The position numbers and the translations under genes are program-made. The notes below the pieces were generated by a model. The model did not search any database and was not told the DNA's origin. It was given only the letters and a program-made list of their open reading frames with translations. A stretch of 64,000 nucleotides of DNA from an uncultured Fibrobacterota bacterium (GTDB lineage Bacteria > Fibrobacterota > Chitinivibrionia > Chitinivibrionales > FEN-1185), in NCBI GenBank assembly GCA_963753345.1, contig CAVWBU010000035.1, forward strand, positions 96,001-160,000, read 5' to 3'. Below are positions 24,137 through 35,083 of this stretch, one piece after another. The stretch's first letter is position 1. Every line of letters starts with the position of its first letter.

Positions 24137-25069
24137 ATGGACAGCAGCGAACAGAAACAGGCCCCCGAGCAGAGCCCGGGAAGCCTTATCAACATAGAGG
24201 ACCTCGACAACCTCAAGAAACTCACCGACCTGCGCTGGATCGAGATCGCCAGCGGCGACGTTGAGACCCACATTCAAAACGACGAAAGCGCGCTTGACAC
24301 CATCGGCAAGAAACCGGGCACCTACTACCGGGACATCATCTTCGCGCTCATCCAGATCCGGCTTCCCGAGGAGGAGGCCCAGCGCGACTGGAAGGAGATC
24401 CTCAAGCACAAGTTCCTCATCAGCGAGAAGCTGGGCCGCAACGTGGGCATCCACGTGGCCACGCTCGACTATTACACCAATATCAAGCGCAAGATCATCA
24501 GCCCCAAGATCGTTGACGCACGCGAGTATGTGGACACGGCGAGCCGCGCCCTTGTCGACGATTTGACAAAAGCATATAACCGCCACTTCTTCGACGAAGA
24601 GTTCAAACGCCTGTTTTCCGAGGCGTCTCGGAAGGGAACGTTGTTCTCGCTCATCATGCTCGATCTGGACCATTTCAAGATTTACAACGATCTCAACGGC
24701 CACATCCAGGGCGACCTTGCGCTCATCGAGACCGTGAGGATCCTGCACGCCGTGTGCAGCCCCGACGACTCGGTCACGCGCTACGGCGGGGAGGAATTCG
24801 CGATCCTTTTGCCGTCCCAGCCGCTCAATCTGGCCCTCAAGACGGCCGAAAACATCCGCGCGGCCATCTTCGATTACCGGTTTGTAAACGAGCAGCAGCT
24901 TCCCAACAAGCGTCTCACCGCGTCGCTCGGCGTCACCGCGTACCGCAGTGAACTCAAATCCGCCATTGCCATGACCGAAGAGGCCGATTCGGCGCTGTAC
25001 CAGGCGAAAAATACGGGCCGCAACCAGGTGAAGGCGTACCTCACCAGCGTTGCCGGACAGCAGCTATGA
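24137..25069 (+). CDS. Diguanylate cyclase (GGDEF)
   Basis: DDLTKAYNR, DLDHFKIYNDLNGHIQGD, RYGGEEF, ADSALYQAK. Confidence 0.92.
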   Translation: MDSSEQKQAPEQSPGSLINIEDLDNLKKLTDLRWIEIASGDVETHIQNDESALDTIGKKPGTYYRDIIFALIQIRLPEEEAQRDWKEILKHKFLISEKLGRNVGIHVATLDYYTNIKRKIISPKIVDAREYVDTASRALVDDLTKAYNRHFFDEEFKRLFSEASRKGTLFSLIMLDLDHFKIYNDLNGHIQGDLALIETVRILHAVCSPDDSVTRYGGEEFAILLPSQPLNLALKTAENIRAAIFDYRFVNEQQLPNKRLTASLGVTAYRSELKSAIAMTEEADSALYQAKNTGRNQVKAYLTSVAGQQL

Positions 25070-25944
25070 AGGACCAGACGATTACAGGCGACACCCGTCT
25101 TGTGGGATTGCTGGGAAATCCGGTGGCGCATTCGCTGTCGCCGGCCATTCACAACCACGTGTACGCGACGCTCGGGCTTCCGCTCGCGTACGTGCCGCTC
25201 GCGGTTTCCCCGGCCTGCCTCCACCAGGCCGTGCAGGCGATGCGGGCCTGCGGCTTTGCGGGCGCGAACGTCACCATTCCCCACAAGCAGGAAGTGCTGC
25301 CCTTCTGCGACATGGTTTCGCCGCTGTCCGCGCTTTCCAAAACGGTGAATACCCTTTACTTCCGCGACAACATCCTTCACGGAACGACAACCGATTTCGA
25401 GGGGCTGCTTGCCGCGCTGGGCCGCATGGGGCATAACCCGACAGACGGCCGCATCGTGATCCTGGGCAACGGCGGCACCGCGCGCACGTTTGCCTTTGCG
25501 TTTGCATCCGAGAAGATCCCGGGCAAGCTCACACTGGCGGGACGCGACGAACGCAAAGTGCGTGGCCTGGCGGAGGAAGTTGCCGCCGCCACAGGCTTCC
25601 CTGTCGCCGCGGTGCAGTTCTCATCCGACAAGCTGCAACAGGCCGTGCGCGAAGGCACGCTGTGCATCAACTGCACGCCCGTGGGCATGCACCCGGACAC
25701 GGCCGCGTCGCCCCTCATCGGCCGCATGCTTCACAAAGGCATTGCGGTGTTCGACACCGTGTACAATCCCCGCAAAACGTTGCTGTGCAGGGAGGCCGAA
25801 CAAGCGGGGTGCGCCTGGTCGGGCGGGCTGCACATGCTCGTGCACCAGGCGCTTGCGTCCATGAAATACTGGACCGGCCGCGACATCAACCCGGCCATTG
25901 TCGACATGGACGAGCTTGCCGGGCTGGCCGAAGCCGGGAATTGA
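25066..25944 (+). CDS. aroE: Shikimate dehydrogenase
   Basis: GNPVAHSLSP, GANVTIPHK, GNGGTAR, NCTPVGM, DTVYNP. Confidence 0.93.
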   Translation: MKDQTITGDTRLVGLLGNPVAHSLSPAIHNHVYATLGLPLAYVPLAVSPACLHQAVQAMRACGFAGANVTIPHKQEVLPFCDMVSPLSALSKTVNTLYFRDNILHGTTTDFEGLLAALGRMGHNPTDGRIVILGNGGTARTFAFAFASEKIPGKLTLAGRDERKVRGLAEEVAAATGFPVAAVQFSSDKLQQAVREGTLCINCTPVGMHPDTAASPLIGRMLHKGIAVFDTVYNPRKTLLCREAEQAGCAWSGGLHMLVHQALASMKYWTGRDINPAIVDMDELAGLAEAGN

Positions 25945-25961
25945 CAGAACGGAGCATTCGC

Positions 25962-27239
25962 GTGAAGTGGCGGGTGAAAAAGTCCGTACTCTCGGGAACG
26001 ATCGCGGTCCCGGCCTCAAAATCGCACACCATCCGGGCGCTGGCGGTTTCGACCCTGGCGCAGGGCACGTCGCATATAGCAAACGCGCTTTGCACGGGCG
26101 ACGGCGCCTCGGCGATCGCGGCCGCACGGAGCATGGGCGCGGACGTAAGCCTTTCGGGAACCGCGCTTGCCGTGACGGGCGTCGGCGGGGATTACAACCG
26201 TGGCGCGGACAATTTCTGCATGGAAAATTCCGGGACCAGTACTAACCTGTTCGCCTCAATCGCGGCGCTGGGAAGCAGACGCCGGCGGTTCGACGGCGAC
26301 GCATCGCTGCGCACCAGACCGTTTCGACCGGTTCTGGAAGCCCTCGGGAAGCTCGGAGCGACGTTCGGGTTCGAACAGCAGGGGAGCGACTTGCCGTTCT
26401 GGGTATGCGGCCCGATCCGCGGCGGAACCACCACGGTAAACGGTTTTTCGTCGCAGTTTGTTTCGGGCCTTCTGTTCGCGTGCCCCTACGCGCCAGAGGA
26501 CACGAATATCATCGTTGAGAACCTTCACGAGCGGCCGTACGTCGAAATGACGCTGCGCTGGCTTGACAGGATGGGCATCCGGTACGAGGCGTCGGCCGAT
26601 CTCGCGCATTTTCGCATGCAGGGCAGGCAAACGTACCGCCCCGTCGACGTCGCCGTTCCCGGCGATTTTTCGTCGGCCACGTTTGCCGCGGTCGCCGCGC
26701 CGCTCACCGGTTCAAGAATTGCGCTTACCGGCCTTGACTTTAGCGATTCTCAAGGCGACAAGGCCGTGTTCGACGTGATTTCCCGCATGGGCGGTCTCGT
26801 GGAGAAAAGCGCCGCGGGCGCGGCCGTGGACGGCCGGGGCGACATCCGCGGCGTGGAAATAGACCTCAATGCCATGCCCGACGCTTTGCCGGCGCTCAGC
26901 GTGCTCGGCTGCAGGGCCCAAGGCGAAACCGCAATTGTAAACGTCGCGCAGGCGCGCATCAAGGAGACCGACCGTATCGGCGTAATGGCTGCCGAGCTTG
27001 CGAAAATGGGAGCCGATGTGGCCGAGAAGAAAGACGGCCTTGTCATCCGCCACCGCTCGCTGAAAGGCGCGCAGGTCGACGGCCGCGGAGACCATCGCGT
27101 GGTGATGGCGCTGGCGCTCGCCGGCATGGCAGCGGAGGGGGAAACCGTTATTGACTCGGCCGAAGCTGCGGCCGTGACGTACCCGGGCTTTGTGAAGGAC
27201 TTTCGGGCGCTCGGGGCGGATATCGATACAATTGACTAA
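25962..27239 (+). CDS. aroA: EPSP synthase
   Basis: PASKSHTIR, NSGTS, GDASLRTRP, SSQFVSGL, RIKETDRI, DHRVVMA. Confidence 0.95.
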   Translation: MKWRVKKSVLSGTIAVPASKSHTIRALAVSTLAQGTSHIANALCTGDGASAIAAARSMGADVSLSGTALAVTGVGGDYNRGADNFCMENSGTSTNLFASIAALGSRRRRFDGDASLRTRPFRPVLEALGKLGATFGFEQQGSDLPFWVCGPIRGGTTTVNGFSSQFVSGLLFACPYAPEDTNIIVENLHERPYVEMTLRWLDRMGIRYEASADLAHFRMQGRQTYRPVDVAVPGDFSSATFAAVAAPLTGSRIALTGLDFSDSQGDKAVFDVISRMGGLVEKSAAGAAVDGRGDIRGVEIDLNAMPDALPALSVLGCRAQGETAIVNVAQARIKETDRIGVMAAELAKMGADVAEKKDGLVIRHRSLKGAQVDGRGDHRVVMALALAGMAAEGETVIDSAEAAAVTYPGFVKDFRALGADIDTID

Positions 27240-27350
27240 TCAGAATGCAGAGTTCTGGAGGAGCGACATTTCTCCCCGGTAAAAAAAGATCAGGCCGCTT
27301 TCCCGGGGAAATACGGCCTGGAAATCGCACGTGAAGCCTTTCAAGCTTCC

Positions 27351-28346
27351 TTACTTCAAATCTATCACCACGAGATCGACCCGCCGGTTCTTGGCCCTTC
27401 CTTCCTTGGTGCTGTTGGTCGCTATGGGCCGCTTGAAACCGTATCCTGCGAAGGATAGCCGGTTTTCGGTGATGCTCTGTGAAACGAGGAAGTCGCGAAC
27501 GTTTTTCGCCCTTCTCGTTGAAAGGTCTTTGTTGTATGCTTCGGTCCCGATATTGTCGGTGTGGCCCTCCACAACGACGCGGCACCTGGTGTACACCGAA
27601 AGAATCCCCGCCATTTTTGCAAGGCTTGTCTTGAGCTCGTTTGTCAAGTCTGCTTTGTCAAAACCGAAAAGAAGGTCGGACATTGAAATAATAATGCCGC
27701 GCGCGTCCTTTCTCACCTTGATGAGCTGGCTCTCCAGGGACTTGAACCTTCGCTCGGCATCTTCCTTGAGCTTCTTGTTCTTTTCGTTTTCGCTGTCGAG
27801 CTTCGCCCGAAGCTCCGACGCCTTGTCCTTTTCAATGCCCGCGATCTTCTCGTACACGGCGTTGAGTTCGCCATGGAGCGAATCGCGGCTCGCGGCGATT
27901 TGCGACAGCTCATTTTCCAGGTCGTTTTGCTGGAACTGGATCATTGCGGCCTCAGAGGCCAGCGAGCATACCTCGAACATCTCTCGGGCCCTTTTCTCCT
28001 TGGCGCCGGACCCAATCCATTCGAGAATCCCTTTGTTTTCCTTTCCGCCCGGGTAGTTTTCCAGCATAAATTGGTAAGCGACCTCAATTCTGGCAAGAGC
28101 ATAGCTATAGAGATCAATGCCGCTCAGCGTGCCGCTTGATCGCTGCTGGTACGCGTCCTTTAATTCCGTCTTGAGCTCAAGAAGCGCGTTTGTCATGGCG
28201 GCAGGTCCGCGCGTGGCGCTGAGCGTGTCCGGCGCGGCAGCAGGCGCGGCCGCAGCTCCGGTCCCCGGTTTTGAAGCGGAGTCAACGGCGGCTGTTGCAG
28301 ACATTGCTGTCAGCAGCACTGCTATGAAAAGGATTGTCCGTTTCAT
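27351..28346 (-). CDS. OmpA-family peptidoglycan-binding protein with coiled coil
   Basis: LLFGFDKA, EGHTDNIG, LSTRRA, GRAKNRRV. Confidence 0.9.
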   Translation of the reverse strand: MKRTILFIAVLLTAMSATAAVDSASKPGTGAAAAPAAAPDTLSATRGPAAMTNALLELKTELKDAYQQRSSGTLSGIDLYSYALARIEVAYQFMLENYPGGKENKGILEWIGSGAKEKRAREMFEVCSLASEAAMIQFQQNDLENELSQIAASRDSLHGELNAVYEKIAGIEKDKASELRAKLDSENEKNKKLKEDAERRFKSLESQLIKVRKDARGIIISMSDLLFGFDKADLTNELKTSLAKMAGILSVYTRCRVVVEGHTDNIGTEAYNKDLSTRRAKNVRDFLVSQSITENRLSFAGYGFKRPIATNSTKEGRAKNRRVDLVVIDLK

Positions 28347-28744
28347 CGTTTTGTTTCTCCCTTCAGCTCCTCGAGAACCTTCTTGTTGATGTTCAATTGC
28401 TCGTCATCGTCGGTCAGCTTTTGCCGTGCATCTTCAACAACGCGCTCGGTTCTCGCGAGCTCGTTTTTCGACAAAGCCAACCGATAGTAAATGATCGCCA
28501 ACTCCCAGGCCGCAAACGCATCCTCTTTCTGATTGTTTTGCTGCTGCACGAGGGCCGATGACACGAGCGAGTCCGCGCGCGTGATCTCGCCGGACTTGAG
28601 ATTGTTCTGATCGCAATAGCCTTTGAGCGCGGTCGCCTCGGCCATTGCCGCCCGCAGAATCATGGTGTAGCCCGTGTCGTCACAGCCGACCAGACAGAGA
28701 GCAACCCCCGCTGCTGCGATGCCCGCAAGGATTTTCTTTTTCAT
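28343..28744 (-). CDS. Lipoprotein, partner of the OmpA-domain protein
   Basis: MKKKILAGIAAAGVALCLVGC lipobox; stop overlaps the OmpA gene start. Confidence 0.75.
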   Translation of the reverse strand: MKKKILAGIAAAGVALCLVGCDDTGYTMILRAAMAEATALKGYCDQNNLKSGEITRADSLVSSALVQQQNNQKEDAFAAWELAIIYYRLALSKNELARTERVVEDARQKLTDDDEQLNINKKVLEELKGETKR

Positions 28745-28952
28745 GAGCAACCTCGTCTGAAAAGGGTGAATACAGAATGAAAAATATATAATCATGCCCC
28801 GCCGCAACGCAAAGCATTTTCCCGGGTCGACACCGACAGCCCCGTCCGCCGCCTTTGGAAAAACTGTGGACGCGCCAGTATTCCGCAGCGTATCTTTACA
28901 GAGGACGGCAGCGAAAACTCCAGGACTCACGGCTTGCATCAGGATAAGTTCC

Positions 28953-30044
28953 ATGAAAATTCCCGTCAAACTCGGCCTCAGGTCCTACCCGGTAATCCTC
29001 ACAAACCGGGCCTTTGATTCCTTTCCATCGCAGCTCAAAAAACGGTTTCCGGATTCCAGGTTCGCGTTTGTCACCAATGCCACCTTGGCGCGTTTGTATT
29101 GCCGGGTAATTTCGTCGTGGAAGAAAAAGCTTTCGTTCGAGATGCTCGCAATTCCTGACGGCGAAAGATATAAAACTGTTGAAACATGGAGTTCGGTGCT
29201 TGATTTCCTATTGAAATCACATTTAGACAGAAAATCGGTTGTTCTCGCCCTCGGCGGCGGCGTTGTGGGCGATATCGCGGGATTTGCCGCTGCGTCGTTT
29301 CTGCGCGGGGTGTCGTATGTCCAGATTCCTACCACGCTTCTCGCCATAGTTGATTCGAGCGTTGGCGGAAAGACGGGGGTGAATCACAGGCTCGGAAAGA
29401 ATCTTATCGGTGCGTTTTTCCAGCCATCCCTGGTCTGGATGGACATGGCATTCCTGAAAACGCTGCCGCGCAGGGAATTTGTCGCTGGCTACGCCGAGCT
29501 GTTCAAGTACGCGTTCATCGGCGGCAGAAGCATGTTCGACTTTGTGAAAAAACACCACCTGAGATTGCTGGAAGGCGAAAGGTCCGTTCTCACCAAGGGG
29601 ATCCGACGGGCCGTTGAAATCAAGGCGGCGGTGGTGGAAAGCGACGAAAAGGAAACGTCGGGACGGCGCGAGCTGCTCAATTTCGGCCATACCTTTGCCC
29701 ACGCCATCGAGCGGGTCGCCGGGTACAAGGGCATCCTGCACGGCGAGGCAGTGATGCTCGGCATCAAGTGCGCGTGCGACCTTGGCGTGCGCACGGGAAC
29801 GGTCCCGTCCTCCTGCTTTGCATTGTACGCCGCCATGACGCGCGGCCTGCCGAACATGCGCCTTCCCTTTGTGCCGCGACCGCAGGAGCTCTACGCCGCC
29901 ATGTTTACAGACAAGAAAGCACGCGCCGGAAAGCTCGTGTTCGTGCTGCCGGAAAAACCGGGCGAGTCGGTTTGTGTGCGGGACGTGAGGAAGGAACAGG
30001 TCCTTGCAACGCTGCGCAACGTTCTGGTGAACCCCGGCACGTGA
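28953..30044 (+). CDS. aroB: 3-dehydroquinate synthase
   Basis: GERYKT, GGGVVGDIAGF, PTTLLAIVDSSVGGKTG, LNFGHTFAHAIE, HGEAV. Confidence 0.96.
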   Translation: MKIPVKLGLRSYPVILTNRAFDSFPSQLKKRFPDSRFAFVTNATLARLYCRVISSWKKKLSFEMLAIPDGERYKTVETWSSVLDFLLKSHLDRKSVVLALGGGVVGDIAGFAAASFLRGVSYVQIPTTLLAIVDSSVGGKTGVNHRLGKNLIGAFFQPSLVWMDMAFLKTLPRREFVAGYAELFKYAFIGGRSMFDFVKKHHLRLLEGERSVLTKGIRRAVEIKAAVVESDEKETSGRRELLNFGHTFAHAIERVAGYKGILHGEAVMLGIKCACDLGVRTGTVPSSCFALYAAMTRGLPNMRLPFVPRPQELYAAMFTDKKARAGKLVFVLPEKPGESVCVRDVRKEQVLATLRNVLVNPGT

Positions 30045-30050
30045 AGGCCG

Positions 30051-30287
30051 CTACAATTTCTTTAGCAGCTCTTCAACGGATTCGCACGTGTTAAGAGCGA
30101 TTTCGAGGTTGAGCAGGTCATCGTGATTGATGGCCGTCTCGCGGTTGGGCCTGCCTTCCAGGTACGGGATAGAACGAGCGAGCGACAGAGCATGCTCCTT
30201 CTCTTCGCTTGGTGTTTTTCGGTTTTCCAGTGATTTCCCCTTCACCTGCTTTTCTGCACGTTCATCAACACTAGTCGCTCCCAGCAT
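30051..30287 (-). CDS. Small hypothetical protein
   Basis: 78 aa ORF with plausible composition, ending INHDDLLNLEIALNTCESVEELLKKL. Confidence 0.55.
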   Translation of the reverse strand: MLGATSVDERAEKQVKGKSLENRKTPSEEKEHALSLARSIPYLEGRPNRETAINHDDLLNLEIALNTCESVEELLKKL

Positions 30288-30824
30288 CCTTACGGTTCAA
30301 TTTCACCGGCTGATAACGGAATAGCCACTCACTCTGATATACGTGCGAAAAGGGGCGAAAATTGAAGAACCCCGGCCTAGGCAGCAGAGAAGAGAATAAT
30401 TAAATGCTGGTAGGGCCTCACCCTCATTCCAAGCTCGCGCGCTCGCTTTGAGCTAAAACCCGGCAAGGAAAGGGCAAAAGACCTAATAAATGGCGCGAAG
30501 CGCTACTACCTTACCCTTAAGAAATGAAATGACAAAATGCCTTTTATAACAACCCCCGCGGCCATACGGCCGCTCTCCCCTTTGAAAGGGGGAGCACACT
30601 CTCCTTGCAAAGCAGCAATTGTGTGGAGTCAAGTGTTCTTGCCTTGCGTCTGTCTTGAGCAACTGCCCGTTCATGTTCGACATATTCGATCGGTATAGGA
30701 GCTCGTCACTATTGGCTGGGTTGGCGAGTTTTTGGGAAAAAAGCCCTCATTTCGCACCTCTACCGCGGTTATATTATCAACGAGTATTATAACCTTCCTT
30801 TCCACCGCTCAAAAAGGAACGAAA

Positions 30825-32795
30825 ATGTCATTCAAAATCATAACCATGATTCTATGCACGACGGCCATGGTGTTTTCCTCAAACGCCGCAATTGCAATAA
30901 CAGGAACGGTGACGGACCAGGCCACCCAAACCGGGATACAAGGCGCGGTGGTGAGCCTTGCCGCGGCAGGAATCACAACCGTGACCGACAGCAACGGGAA
31001 ATACTCTTTCAGCGACGGCGTTTCGGCAGGTGCCGTTCAAAAGCATGAAATGGCACTGGCAAAACCGGTTATTTCCAACAACCATCTTATATTCAACGTC
31101 GCTGGCAAGGCCTCACGCGTTTTTGTCGGCCTGTACACCTTTTCCGGAAGGCGCGTGCGAACGCTACTCGACAAGACCCTGGCAAAAGGAGATTACCGTC
31201 TCGATCTCCCTTTGGGCCAGGTCGCGTCCCAGCCTTGTGCGCTTCAGGTACGGCTTGGAAGCAACACCTCGGTCCTTCGGCTGCCCCTGCTTGGCGGAAT
31301 TGCGCAACGTGCGGAGACTGCCGCGAAAATCGGGCCCGCGGACCTGCAAGCCCCGTCCGCGAAAATCCTGGCTGCCACGGACACGATCCTGGCGTGGGCC
31401 GTCGGATACAACAACGCGAACCTGGGCATCGGCAATCTGACGGGCACCTACGACATCGCGCTGCAGCGGGCAGTTCCCGTCGGTCAAGTCCTTGTCCTGC
31501 AGAGTTCGCAAACCGACAATGTCGCGCAGGAACCCGCTCTCACTTTTGTCAACGACGACGGGTCGGCACTGCCCACCGTGACCGTGACCCCGTCCACCAC
31601 GTATCAAAGCATCGTTGGTTTTGGGGCGGCATTCACGGAAACGTCGGTCTTCAATTTAAACGGTATGGCCGCTGCGAAGAAAAACCAGATACTGAACGCA
31701 TTTTTCAATCCCTACACCGGGGCGGGCTACACGCTCTGCCGCGTCACCATCAACAGCTGCGATTTTTCCCTTGCAAGCTACTCGTACGACGACGCGGCCG
31801 GCGACTACAACCTTGACAATTTCGACATCTCGCACGACAAGAAATGGATGATACCGGCCATCAAGGCGGCGCTCGTGGTTCCCGGTTCAAATTTCAAACT
31901 TTTCGGCTCGCCCTGGTCGCCGCCGGCGTGGATGAAAAGCAACGGCACCATGGTCAACGGCGGCCAGCTCAAATCGGACTGCTTCGCCGCCTGGGCGCTC
32001 TATTACGTCAAGTATATCAACGCCATGAAAGACAACGGCATCACGATCTGGGGCTTAACCGTTCAAAACGAACCCCTGGCCGTCCAGACCTGGGAGAGCT
32101 GCATTTATTCCTCGCAGCAGGAGCGCGATTTCGTGAAGAATTATCTGGGCCCGACTCTTGCGCAAAACAACGTCGCGCCAAAGCTCATGATCTGGGATCA
32201 TAACAAAGACAGCATCGTGAACCGTGCCACCACGGTCCTGAGCGATGTCGGTGCTGCGAAGTACGTATGGGCCACGGCCTATCACCATTACGCGGGCGAT
32301 TACTTCGACAACATGAACACCGTGCATGACGCTTTTCCGCAAAAGCTCCTGGTTGGAACGGAAAACAGCGTTCACGCGGGATTCTCCGAGGTCGAGCGCA
32401 TGGCGCACGAGATCATCGGCGATTTGAACCACTGGTCGAGCGGGTATCTCACCTGGAACCTTATCACCGATCTCGACGGCGGTCCGTACCACGATCGAAG
32501 TCCCGGCGTACCCGGCGATATCGAGGTTGATTCCCTCTCAGGCGCAGTCAATTACATGACCAATTACTATTATATGACCCATTTCAGCAAGTACATCCGG
32601 CCGGATGCGGTGAGAATCGCATGCGTGTATCCAGGTACCGACATCGAAGTTACCGCCTGCAAAAACACAAACGGCAGCATCGTGGTAGCGGTGCTGAACA
32701 AAACCGCCAATGCGGTGAATTTCAAGATAAAGCAGGGAACGCAGATTGTCAAGCCGACGATTCCTGCGCATTCAATTATGGATTTTATTTACTAA
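30825..32795 (+). CDS. Secreted GH30 glycoside hydrolase with N-terminal accessory domains
   Basis: YQSIVGFGAAFT, CDFS, SPWSPPAWMK, TVQNEP, WDHN, HHY, GTE, HFSKYIRP. Confidence 0.9.
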   Translation: MSFKIITMILCTTAMVFSSNAAIAITGTVTDQATQTGIQGAVVSLAAAGITTVTDSNGKYSFSDGVSAGAVQKHEMALAKPVISNNHLIFNVAGKASRVFVGLYTFSGRRVRTLLDKTLAKGDYRLDLPLGQVASQPCALQVRLGSNTSVLRLPLLGGIAQRAETAAKIGPADLQAPSAKILAATDTILAWAVGYNNANLGIGNLTGTYDIALQRAVPVGQVLVLQSSQTDNVAQEPALTFVNDDGSALPTVTVTPSTTYQSIVGFGAAFTETSVFNLNGMAAAKKNQILNAFFNPYTGAGYTLCRVTINSCDFSLASYSYDDAAGDYNLDNFDISHDKKWMIPAIKAALVVPGSNFKLFGSPWSPPAWMKSNGTMVNGGQLKSDCFAAWALYYVKYINAMKDNGITIWGLTVQNEPLAVQTWESCIYSSQQERDFVKNYLGPTLAQNNVAPKLMIWDHNKDSIVNRATTVLSDVGAAKYVWATAYHHYAGDYFDNMNTVHDAFPQKLLVGTENSVHAGFSEVERMAHEIIGDLNHWSSGYLTWNLITDLDGGPYHDRSPGVPGDIEVDSLSGAVNYMTNYYYMTHFSKYIRPDAVRIACVYPGTDIEVTACKNTNGSIVVAVLNKTANAVNFKIKQGTQIVKPTIPAHSIMDFIY

Positions 32796-32811
32796 ATCAA
32801 AGAAGAAATAC

Positions 32812-33255
32812 GGGGGAGAGGTTTCTCCCCCGGCCTCGGCCGGCTTCGCCGTCCTCAGCACTCCCCTCTCCTGGGTGCACCCCAAGTAGAAGCAGTTGCA
32901 GAACCGGACACTTGTGTGGGGGCACCCACGAGCAATAGTTGATAAAGAAACCTGGTGGATGTTTATCCCGCCCAGAAACCTTGGCTGGCGCAAGAAAAGT
33001 CATTTGACAGAACGGATTTCCGTTGCCGCTGCGTTAGGGACGACGGAGGGTGTGCAAGAGCACATTGCCGGCCGACCCCGGCCGAGCCGGAGCGCCAGAG
33101 GCGCGGAGACCACCGCCGCAGGCGGCCCGCAGGGCGCGAAGCGTGAACGCCATCGGGGCTGACTGGCAACGAGGCCAACGGCCGAGCCCGGAGGATGACC
33201 CTTGGAAGCACCCGAAGGGGTGGAACCGACCCGAGCGCAGCGAGGGGAACGCCCA
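32812..33255 (+). repeat. A-spacer-B structured repeat unit with an expanded insert in B
   Basis: ggggagaggtttctcccc...gggtgcacccc...gggggcaccc; gtgtgcaagagcacattgcc...ggcaacgagg...ggggaacgccca. Confidence 0.9.
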
Positions 33256-33379
33256 AGTCTAATTCTTGATTTCCGAGCGCCACGAATCCTGATCATCCCT
33301 GATCGTGTGCCGAATGAAAACGACTCTCCTCATCATGCCTTCTGTTCCAGTTTGATCTTTATGGAAAGAATGTCTATGA

Positions 33380-35083
33380 TCAAGGTTGCTTTATAAGATC
33401 ACGAAAATCTTTCTCGTCCCATAAAATGGAAAGAGACTTGTCTCGTTTCCAAGCCGCGAAATCCTTGAAGCCTTTGTCGATGGCCCTCTTGAGCCAAGCA
33501 AGGGCATCCACGTTATCTTGCTTGAGTGAATAACATTCGGCGATTCGCCAGCAGGACTTGGCAGCAATTGGCGGGAACACGGATGCGTTCTGATAATCGG
33601 CGATAGCCTCATCATATTTGCCTTGAGATCTTAACACGTTGCCCCGATGAAAGTGGGCATAATGATCATCGGGCCTTTGCCGTATCGCCTCATTGAAATC
33701 TTTCAGCGCCGAATCAATCTTTCCTGTGAGACTGTATATCAAGCCTCTGCCGAAATAAGCATGCTCCTGGGCCCCGTTGTATTCCATTGGTGATAGCCAC
33801 GCGATGGCCTTCGTGTACCACACAATGGCGCTGTCGTACCGTCTTGCATCACCAAGGGCAATCGCTTTGTTCAGTGCCGCCAGAGAATGATTGCCCGAAA
33901 GGAACAGGGTACTGTCGAAATCCATAATGGCCTTGGCAAGATCTCCCATCTTGTAGTACACAATTCCCCTGCCGAAATATGCGTTTGCAAAATGGAGCGT
34001 AGGGTCGTATAGGTATGAACTGCTGTCGAGTGTTATCGCTTTCGTGTAATCGGCAATGGCATCCTTTAACTTGCCCAGAGTCTTGTACGTGGCGGCTCTC
34101 TTGGCGTACGCGTCGGCCCACGATGGATTGATCTTTATGGCAAGGTTGTAATCCTTGATCGCCCCTTGGTAGTCGTTGCGGATATCGCGAAGCACTCCGC
34201 GATTCGTCAACGCATCAACGCAGGAACTGTCAAGCATTATCGCGTTTGTGTATTCTGCTATCGCGCTGTCGTACTGCACTTGTACGTACCGCGCCGGATC
34301 GGGAATTTTCATGCGTGCGGCGTAGCGCGGGTTGGCAGCCATGGTCGAAATAAAGTAGCGGGCGGAACCAAGTCCGTTGTGGACAGCGGCGATTCGTGGA
34401 TTCACCTTGAGGGCGGATTCATAAAAGCCGATCGCTGAGTCGAGAAGTCCGGTATAGAGAAACAATTCACCCATACCGGCAAGCGCGGTGACATTGTTCG
34501 GGTCTTGCTTGAGTACCTGCCGAAACGCCGAAAAGGCTTTGGCTCGGTCTCCAATAATCTTGTTTGCATTTCCCAGATTTATGAGACTGGTCTCATCCTT
34601 GGTCATAGCTTCAGTCCGCTGATACGTGAGGCCATCACCTCCTCTGGCTTTAATCTCAACCGGTGTTTGCGTACCGGTTTGCTTCATACGAGGCAGGGGA
34701 GCACCATTTCTTGCGGGTATTTTGCTGTATTTTGCGATTGAGACCGTTTTGGGTTGCGTTGGGGCATACTTCGCGGCCTCAAGCTCCTTGCTCGGTTCAC
34801 TTTCCTTTGTCAAGGAAGGATTCGGTCCGCGCCAGAGCCTTGCCGCTTGTTCTTTTTGAGTATTATGATAGACAGGGGGAGCGGCCTTACCCAACGGAAT
34901 GGTGCAGAGCACTATGCCGAAGACTACGCCGATCACCAGGGCGAGCGCCTCAAAGGTCGCCACCCTGTTCCCTGATTCGATGAGAAAAATATCCCCGCGA
35001 TCTTCCAGAACCCGCAGGAACTCAGCATCGCTCAGGAGCTTTCCCTCATCATCTTCTTCGTTTTCAAGTTGACGAGGATACAT
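33380..35083 (-). CDS. Membrane-anchored TPR-repeat protein
   Basis: Repeated AYxxRG...AIxDYxKAI TPR motifs; N-terminal TM helix. Confidence 0.85.
   Translation of the reverse strand: MYPRQLENEEDDEGKLLSDAEFLRVLEDRGDIFLIESGNRVATFEALALVIGVVFGIVLCTIPLGKAAPPVYHNTQKEQAARLWRGPNPSLTKESEPSKELEAAKYAPTQPKTVSIAKYSKIPARNGAPLPRMKQTGTQTPVEIKARGGDGLTYQRTEAMTKDETSLINLGNANKIIGDRAKAFSAFRQVLKQDPNNVTALAGMGELFLYTGLLDSAIGFYESALKVNPRIAAVHNGLGSARYFISTMAANPRYAARMKIPDPARYVQVQYDSAIAEYTNAIMLDSSCVDALTNRGVLRDIRNDYQGAIKDYNLAIKINPSWADAYAKRAATYKTLGKLKDAIADYTKAITLDSSSYLYDPTLHFANAYFGRGIVYYKMGDLAKAIMDFDSTLFLSGNHSLAALNKAIALGDARRYDSAIVWYTKAIAWLSPMEYNGAQEHAYFGRGLIYSLTGKIDSALKDFNEAIRQRPDDHYAHFHRGNVLRSQGKYDEAIADYQNASVFPPIAAKSCWRIAECYSLKQDNVDALAWLKRAIDKGFKDFAAWKRDKSLSILWDEKDFRDLIKQP

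Noticed and set aside
30290-30730. Possible gene or ncRNA between the small ORF and GH30
   Set aside because: Only a short REP-like hairpin (cccctttgaaagggg) and no convincing ORF or recognisable RNA motif
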